A stretch of 6,100 nucleotides of DNA from positions 1 through 6,100 of the forward strand of contig LVZN01000030.1 in the NCBI GenBank assembly GCA_001695645.1, in the 5' to 3' direction. This document shows, in pieces, positions 1 through 4,858 of the stretch (its first letter is position 1; each line of letters begins with the position of its first letter). The notes under the pieces were generated by a model. It saw nothing but the letters and a program-made list of their open reading frames with translations, had not been told where the DNA came from and ran no database searches. Source of the DNA: Erysipelotrichaceae bacterium MTC7 (GTDB taxonomy: Bacteria; Bacillota_I; Bacilli_A; Erysipelotrichales; Erysipelotrichaceae). Both the position numbers and the translations under genes were made by a program.

Positions 1-20
1 AGTTTAACATATACAATTAA

Positions 21-70
21 AAAAACTGTGAAGCAGAGCCGTACGCTCTCTACTTACACAGTTTATTTTA
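21..70. terminator. Imperfect hairpin flanked by an A-run and a T-run; candidate bidirectional Rho-independent terminator
   Basis: Stem pairs 23-33 with 53-64 and 35-39 with 45-49 (AGAGC/GCTCT), loop CGTAC, with one bulge and one internal mismatch. AAAAAA precedes it and TTTATTTTA follows on the + strand, so either strand reads hairpin then U-run. It lies about 230 nt downstream of the ABC ATPase stop. It could equally terminate a + strand gene left of the window. Confidence 0.45.
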
Positions 71-295
71 CACTCCCGTATTACTCGGTTATTCGAGTAC
101 GCTCTGTTGCATTCATTATATTGCGTATAAAAGGACAATAAATATTGTGGTTTTCGACTTTTTTCTTTAAGTTTACCCACAGTCCATGATATTATCGTTT
201 TTTTTAAAAACCATATAGTAAGAGGTATTAACTTAATTTTAATCCAATTTTCTTGATTATCTCTTGTTACTTTAACTCATTTTGTGTGATTGTTA

Positions 296-925
296 TCATT
301 TGTTTTTCAAAACAATTTTTTCATCAGAAATTTTTGAAAAGACCAAGTCATGAGTGGCAATAATTATAGTCTTTCCTTCATCGCGTAGTTGCTTAAAAAT
401 ACTAATGACTACTTCTGCATTTTTTTCATCCAAATTCCCTGTTGGTTCATCAGCTAAGATAATATCACTTTCCTTGAGAAGTGCTCTAGCTAAGGCAACA
501 CGTTGTTGCTCACCTCCGGACAATGTATAAATCATTTTATCTAGGTAATTTGACAAGCCCACACGTTCTAAAACTTGATTCATCTTCTCTGTTTTGTTTT
601 TACTATTATCATATGCTAAAGCAATCTCCAAATTATACTTGACGCTCCTATTGTCAACCAAAGCATAGTTTTGAAATAAGTACGCGATTCTTTTTCTAAA
701 AAGCATAGTCTTACTACTAGTATCAACAACGCTATCTTTATAATATATAACCTCTCCAGAAGATGGTTTATCAATACCCCCTATTAAATTTAGTAATGTA
801 CTTTTTCCACTTCCAGAAACTCCATATAAAACATAGATTTTTCCTTTTTTAAATCTATAAGAAAAATCTTTTAGTACCTGATTCTCTCCAAAGGACTTAG
901 TTATATCTTTACATTCGACAACCAT
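296..925 (-). CDS. ABC transporter ATP-binding protein (MacB/LolD/FtsE-like NBD, lactococcin-972-group type)
   Basis: 209-aa ORF with Walker A GVSGSGKST, Q-loop LFQNYAL, ABC signature LSGGEQQR, Walker B IILADEPT and H-loop ATHD. It has no TM segment. Its ATG sits 2 nt after the permease stop (TAAAGATG) with an AAAGGA Shine-Dalgarno 8 nt upstream, so it is probably translationally coupled. Confidence 0.95.
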   Translation of the reverse strand: MVVECKDITKSFGENQVLKDFSYRFKKGKIYVLYGVSGSGKSTLLNLIGGIDKPSSGEVIYYKDSVVDTSSKTMLFRKRIAYLFQNYALVDNRSVKYNLEIALAYDNSKNKTEKMNQVLERVGLSNYLDKMIYTLSGGEQQRVALARALLKESDIILADEPTGNLDEKNAEVVISIFKQLRDEGKTIIIATHDLVFSKISDEKIVLKNK

Positions 926-927
926 CT

Positions 928-2931
928 TTAATTTCCTTTCAACACAATAGCAATTGATTTGCTTTCAAGTCTATATACAACTATGCTAGTAAATAAAATA
1001 TCTATAAATAAAATTATTAGCAGTATAACAAAAGTATTAATTTGATAGTTTAGAATAATTAGTAAAATGAAATTCACCACATATGAACAAATTAACAATA
1101 GAATTAAATCGACATATCTTGAGATAAAAGAGTATCCGTGCATTTTCTTTACAATATATTCTTTTCGATTCACTTCAAACATTAGAAATAAGTACTGAAT
1201 AATAAGTAAAACTAGCAACGAAATATATAGCAATATCATTGTTGCTTCATATATGAGAGTTGATAATTGTAAATTAAGTACAAAAGAACCTTCTTCTTTG
1301 GCTAGTGAATAAACAAATTCATTTTCAATTCCATACTCATACAGCATTTTTTGTGCGTTCTCATAATTTGGATCACTATTTTTCTTAAAATATAGGTCAC
1401 CCCATGTGAAGTCATCACTCACTAAGATTGGTGTTTGCTGGATATATCCCAGTTTATCCTCATCATAATTAATATTAAAGGTGAAAAGTTTTTGGTCGTC
1501 TTTAATTATAATTTCTTCAAATTCCAAAAAGTCCTTTAATCTTTCTACTCGCTTTTTGTACAACATTGGATCATTCACATATTCTTCTGGTATCAGCAAA
1601 TATTTCTTGCTTTCGTCTAGATCAACCACTTGTTGATTATTCATGTCATAAATTTTATATTTCTTCAAATAATTATAATTCACATCTACCCAAGCATAAC
1701 TTAGGTTCAAGCTATTATCATAATTACCTAAATAAATACCAATGTACTGTTCATTTTTTTGAACATCCTTAGCAAACTCGTAGATTCGCTCATTCCCCTC
1801 TTGATTTAAGAAACCCTGAATTTCTGTACTATGCGTATAGTCAGAACATTCTTCATTAAATTCATTATATTGAGTAGCAACTTTAATCGTATTTACAAAT
1901 CCAGGTAAGGAATCAAATAGTGATATTGTTAATAGAAAAACAAAAACAACTCTCATAATCGTGTTTACATTGAGGATGAACTTAGATATTCCTTTTTTCT
2001 TTAACAATATACTTATTCCAATTGATTTGATATACAGTAAAGCTATGCAATATACAATAGCAATTACAATGTATTTGCATGCAACAGCAATTATAATGTT
2101 TTGAAACATTGGAATATGAATATCGCTGAGTTTGGGTATATATATCACTGTCATAACTGCCACAACGACAACATCAAGAATGACCATCATAATTGAAGTA
2201 ACTAACAAACTATCCTTCACTATCCTAAAGTTACTATATCCATTCATTTTCTTTATCGAAATATCTTTAGTTTCATTTGAAAAAACAAGTAAAAGAATAA
2301 CGAGTGAACTACAACTTAAAATCAGCCCAAATTTGATCATTTTCTCATAATTTGGGTTTCTCTCCGTTGCAACTTCGTGATCCAAGTCTTCTTCATAGGT
2401 TTCAATGATTTCAATTTGATTTGGAAAATGATTTTGAAATTCATTGTAAAACTGTTCACGATTTTCACCAAAAACAAAATACCAACCATCTAATCGCGTA
2501 TTCAACTCATTATAAAATGAACGTTTAGTTAGTTCTATGGTATTGTCAAATGTATTAATTTCCCCAACTGTCGCTATTTGTTCATTACTGGATAAAACTG
2601 CGTATTTATCAAAGTTAAAATTCGAATCTATATTATATCTTTCTAGTAATTCCTTGTTGTTCAGTGCAATGAACTGATTAACTTTATTTTCGGTACTTCC
2701 ATTATTTGTTACAACACTAACATTATGTTTTTCTGCAAGTTTAACAATAAAGGTAGCATCATCATTTGTGTAAGTCTGTCCTTCATGCTCATAGACCATA
2801 AATTCTAAACTTGAACCTAGTCTAGTATTCACACTTTCTTCGTGAATAAATTTTTCTCTTGCGTCAGTGTGAATATAGAGAAAGCAGAATATCATAAATA
2901 TTCCGCTTAACATAAGTAAGATCTTTTTCAT
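928..2931 (-). CDS. Bacteriocin-associated integral membrane protein / ABC permease with two FtsX-like modules (DUF1430-type, putative immunity transporter subunit)
   Basis: Long uninterrupted ORF. Residue numbers use the 671-aa track ORF, which starts at TTG 2943. I prefer ATG 2931 (MKKILL...) because GGGGA lies 5 nt upstream. About 8 hydrophobic helices: aa 7-25, 202-222, 245-268, 283-305, 328-348, 563-590, 613-633 and 637-657. Two large hydrophilic domains: aa ~26-200 and ~350-560. A post-TM motif occurs twice: ETKDISIKKMNGYSNFRI at aa 224-241 and NRKEYIVKKMHGYSFISR at aa 592-609. It resembles the conserved FtsX/MacB segment after TM2. The gene sits between the peptide gene and the ATPase gene. 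Confidence 0.9.
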   Translation of the reverse strand: MKKILLMLSGIFMIFCFLYIHTDAREKFIHEESVNTRLGSSLEFMVYEHEGQTYTNDDATFIVKLAEKHNVSVVTNNGSTENKVNQFIALNNKELLERYNIDSNFNFDKYAVLSSNEQIATVGEINTFDNTIELTKRSFYNELNTRLDGWYFVFGENREQFYNEFQNHFPNQIEIIETYEEDLDHEVATERNPNYEKMIKFGLILSCSSLVILLLVFSNETKDISIKKMNGYSNFRIVKDSLLVTSIMMVILDVVVVAVMTVIYIPKLSDIHIPMFQNIIIAVACKYIVIAIVYCIALLYIKSIGISILLKKKGISKFILNVNTIMRVVFVFLLTISLFDSLPGFVNTIKVATQYNEFNEECSDYTHSTEIQGFLNQEGNERIYEFAKDVQKNEQYIGIYLGNYDNSLNLSYAWVDVNYNYLKKYKIYDMNNQQVVDLDESKKYLLIPEEYVNDPMLYKKRVERLKDFLEFEEIIIKDDQKLFTFNINYDEDKLGYIQQTPILVSDDFTWGDLYFKKNSDPNYENAQKMLYEYGIENEFVYSLAKEEGSFVLNLQLSTLIYEATMILLYISLLVLLIIQYLFLMFEVNRKEYIVKKMHGYSFISRYVDLILLLICSYVVNFILLIILNYQINTFVILLIILFIDILFTSIVVYRLESKSIAIVLKGN

Positions 2932-2947
2932 ATGTTTCCCCAATTAA

Positions 2948-3250
2948 CTACTTTCTTGTATGAACATGATTATATCGATTTGTATATAAACTTACTCTAG
3001 CTGTAGTACCAGGGCCTTTGGTTTGTGTATGTCCTGCTCCACCGGCATAATGATATATTCCTGCAGTTGCATTTGCGTATCTTTGATTATGCTCTGTTAT
3101 TGCGGTACAATTTGAACCACTTGGATTTTCATCAGCATACCGATACATCATATATGAATCTGAGTAGTATGCATTTGATGCTAGCACCACTGTTGGAATA
3201 CACATAAATGCCAATAAAACTAAAATAATACAGTATTTCAATTTCTTCAT
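2948..3250 (-). CDS. Small secreted peptide precursor; candidate Sec-dependent (class IId / lactococcin-972-like by context) bacteriocin
   Basis: ATG at 3250 is preceded by AGGAGG (3256-3261) with a 5-nt spacer. The longer track start at 3283 has no Shine-Dalgarno. The 100-aa product begins MKKLKY, then a hydrophobic core CIILVLLAFMCIPTVV, then VLA|SNA, a typical signal peptidase I site. The predicted 76-aa mature peptide is Tyr-rich (10 Y) and His-rich (5 H), has a single Cys and is net basic. It is the first gene of the operon. The permease ATG at 2931 lies 16 nt past the peptide stop codon (2948-2950). Confidence 0.8.
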   Translation of the reverse strand: MKKLKYCIILVLLAFMCIPTVVLASNAYYSDSYMMYRYADENPSGSNCTAITEHNQRYANATAGIYHYAGGAGHTQTKGPGTTARVSLYTNRYNHVHTRK

Positions 3251-3302
3251 AATTACCTCCTTTTCTAATAAGTAAAACGCCATAATAATATTCTTGATAT
3301 GT

Positions 3303-3314
3303 TAGAGTACTCTA
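3303..3314. promoter_or_regulatory. Perfect 12-bp palindrome TAGAGTACTCTA between the -10 box and the RBS; candidate operator
   Basis: Read directly: TAGAGT/ACTCTA with no mismatch. It starts 9 nt downstream of the predicted -10 hexamer, so it covers the expected transcription start region of the peptide operon. Confidence 0.3.
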
Positions 3315-3322
3315 TTATTATT

Positions 3323-3350
3323 AATATATCATAATAAGATATTTCGTCAA
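3323..3350 (-). promoter_or_regulatory. Sigma-A type promoter of the peptide-permease-ATPase operon
   Basis: On the minus strand: TTGACG (3350-3345), a 16-nt spacer, then TGATATATT, an extended -10 with TG at 3331-3330 and TATATT at 3328-3323. An A/T-rich UP-like tract lies upstream. It is about 70 nt upstream of the peptide ATG. Confidence 0.5.
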
Positions 3351-3602
3351 ATTTATATAATAATATTTTGTAATTTTTCGGTAAACCTAAAGTGAATATT
3401 TTCTCAAAAAAGTCGATTGCTATAACTTTATGATTTTCGAAATAATCTTTTGGTTCAAGTGCTCTCGAAAATATAGATGGTTTTCTCAAAACCTCGAATC
3501 ATGGATATTTACTAGATAATATTGCTCGATTATAACGAATGCAATCTGCTGCATTTTTTGTATATAGAGTTTGAAAGGATAGTAAAATAAAAGCAGCTTT
3601 TT

Positions 3603-3641
3603 CTTAATGTGTAGGTGTGGTATTACTATAACTTAATGTGT
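3603..3641 (+). repeat. Two copies of CTTAATGTGT spaced 29 bp apart, just upstream of the istB remnant
   Basis: Exact 10-mers at 3603-3612 and 3632-3641. They could be subterminal transposase-binding repeats or a rearrangement junction. A 10-mer repeat in AT-rich DNA is only weakly significant. Confidence 0.2.
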
Positions 3642-3668
3642 GTGCACCCTTTTTTTATTAGAAACTAG

Positions 3669-4334
3669 TCCACTCATCATGCCCCGGGACTTTTCTCTAC
3701 TCTATGCTTAGCATTGGAAGCATTAGAACAAATAATTGATTCTCTTTATCATTCGAGGAAGCATAAAACTATAAATCGTCTAAAAAAGAATTCAAGGAAT
3801 TCTCAAAAGAATGCTAATATATTGGATATTGATTATCTTCCTGATCGCAATATAAATAAATGCATTGTAGAACAACTACTAACGAATGATTATATACTTA
3901 AGCATCGTAATGTCAATTTTTTGTGCTTGTGGTATAGATAAAGAGTTTATAGTAAATGCATTAAGTAATCATGTTTGTGATAACTCACATTCAACATTCT
4001 ATTGTAGGATATTTGGATTCAATGATGAATGCAATCAAGAAAAAATCTAACTAACTACCACTGTTAGTGAAGCGCTCAAAAAATATGTAAAGTATTAAGG
4101 ATTAATCATTGATAATTTTTAATTAACGAGTTAATAAATAAGCAAGTGAATTATTTATTTCAACTTCATAAATAACGATATGAAACAAAGTCGACTATTA
4201 TATGCTCACAACTTGAACCCAAAGAATGGCATTCTCGAAGAGGAGATAACATATTGGCGGATTCTATTCTCAATAGAATTACTCCAAATGCATATGAAAT
4301 TATCCTTAATGGGTAATCCATGAGAAATAACTAA
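3669..4334 (+). pseudogene. istB: IS21-family helper ATPase IstB, decayed (frameshifts, in-frame stops, ruined Walker A)
   Basis: Three stretches read like IstB. The first is 3714-3938: INRLKKNS...DIDYLPDRNINKCIVEQLLTNDYILKHRNVNFL. The second is in the +1 frame at 3931-4125: GIDKEFIVNALSNHVCDNSHSTFYCRIF...KKYVKY*GLIIDNF. GIDKE sits where Walker A GxGKS/T should be, and LIIDNF sits at Walker B. The third returns to the first frame at 4149-4334: LFQLHK*RYETKSTIICSQLEPKEWHSRRGDNILADSILNRITPNAYEIILNG*SMRNN*. This matches the IstB C-terminal pattern of RYE, S-IITSN, EW, AxAILDR and GxSxR. There are at least 2 frameshifts and at least 4 in-frame stops. Confidence 0.7.
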
Positions 4335-4373
4335 AACAACAGTTATCATCATAAAGGTGGCGACTGTTGTTTT
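4333..4373. repeat. 11-bp perfect inverted repeat with a 19-nt loop immediately after the istB remnant
   Basis: AAAACAACAGT (4333-4343) and ACTGTTGTTTT (4363-4373). The right arm runs into TTTTATT, so it may be a weak terminator. The loop is long for an intrinsic terminator. Confidence 0.3.
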
Positions 4374-4624
4374 ATTACTATAATTGGCACAGTTTATCCC
4401 AACGAAAGTGGTCCACTTTTAAATTACAATAAACAGCAATTTAAGTGGCTTAAATTATAGCGACGTGGATGGCTCAAAACGAACGATGTATTCATAATGC
4501 AAATGGCTTTAGAAACTTTGAGTGAGCTCGTAATAAAATCATGTATTCACTAAATAAGCATAAGCATGATTCCCTAAGTGAGTACAAGACAAAGAAGAAA
4601 AAGAGTAAAACAAAGAAAGCAACG

Positions 4625-4656
4625 AAAAAATAGACTCCAGATTTAGCTGAAGTCTA
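4625..4656 (-). terminator. Rho-independent terminator candidate for minus-strand transcription
   Basis: TAGACTCCAG (4631-4640) and CTGAAGTCTA (4647-4656) with a 6-nt loop. The single + strand C/A mismatch becomes a G-U pair in minus-strand RNA. That gives a 10-bp stem followed by UUUUUU (complement of A-run 4625-4630). It is about 200 nt downstream of the transposase stop. Confidence 0.4.
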
Positions 4657-4722
4657 TTGACTGAACTGATGGCTTTAAACTAAGGGGCTGTGACAGATAG
4701 ACATATTTAGCCGAATCTGGAG
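4635..4722. repeat. Long-range imperfect inverted repeat (17 positions per arm) enclosing about 54 nt
   Basis: 4635-4651 pairs with 4706-4722. The core is a 9-bp perfect match, CTCCAGATT/AATCTGGAG. The extension reaches 14 Watson-Crick pairs plus 2 G-U pairs and 1 mismatch. It overlaps the arms of both neighbouring hairpins. Confidence 0.5.
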
Positions 4723-4738
4723 CACAGCTCCTTTTTTT
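4719..4738 (+). terminator. Rho-independent terminator candidate for plus-strand transcription
   Basis: GGAGC (4719-4723), loop ACA, GCTCC (4727-4731), then TTTTTTT (4732-4738). The stem is short but all five of its base pairs are Watson-Crick, four of them G-C. Confidence 0.45.
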
Positions 4739-4765
4739 CTTGATTTGTTCCATTTATTGCTCGTT

Positions 4766-4791
4766 TTTTAATAATGTGTCCATTATTAAAA
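4766..4791. repeat. AT-rich 11-bp perfect inverted repeat, TTTTAATAATG tgtc CATTATTAAAA
   Basis: Read directly. It lies about 70 nt beyond the 3' end of the transposase gene, in the zone where the IS1182-family element should end. Its function is unknown. Confidence 0.3.
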
Positions 4792-4858
4792 GCCCATTCT
4801 CATTTCAGGCTGATTTTTGATTCGCTTTTGCATTAACTCTATAATCTAATGTGGAAAA

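Noticed and set aside
1566-2350. Plus-strand ORFs 1566-1772 and 2132-2350
   Set aside because: They are antisense to the strongly supported permease CDS. Their sequences are low-complexity, they have no Shine-Dalgarno, and they show no recognisable motifs. These are typical shadow ORFs in AT-rich DNA.
3025-3207. Plus-strand 60-aa ORF
   Set aside because: It lies entirely antisense to the peptide gene. It has no RBS and no motifs.
2948-3250. N-x-T sequons (NCT, NAT) in the mature peptide as evidence for a glycocin
   Set aside because: No glycosyltransferase gene is in the operon. Known glycocins are S- or O-linked, and two sequons in 76 aa is unremarkable.
3251-3283. Longer start (MAFYLLEKEVI...) for the peptide gene
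   Set aside because: The ATG at 3283 has no Shine-Dalgarno. The ATG at 3250 has AGGAGG at ideal distance and gives a canonical signal-peptide n-region.
3714-3941. 75-aa ORF as an intact gene
   Set aside because: It starts at TTG and ends where IstB-like sequence continues in another frame. It is the first fragment of the istB pseudogene, not a stand-alone gene.
3621-4383. TATTACTATAA at 3621-3631 and 4373-4383 as paired IS termini
   Set aside because: This is a direct repeat, not an inverted one, and is only 11 bp. At this AT content, many such matches are expected by chance within 6.1 kb.
4640-4740. Possible tRNA or small structured RNA gene
   Set aside because: There is no T-loop (GTTCGAATC-like) or D-loop signature and no cloverleaf. 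The structures are better explained as terminators or inverted repeats.
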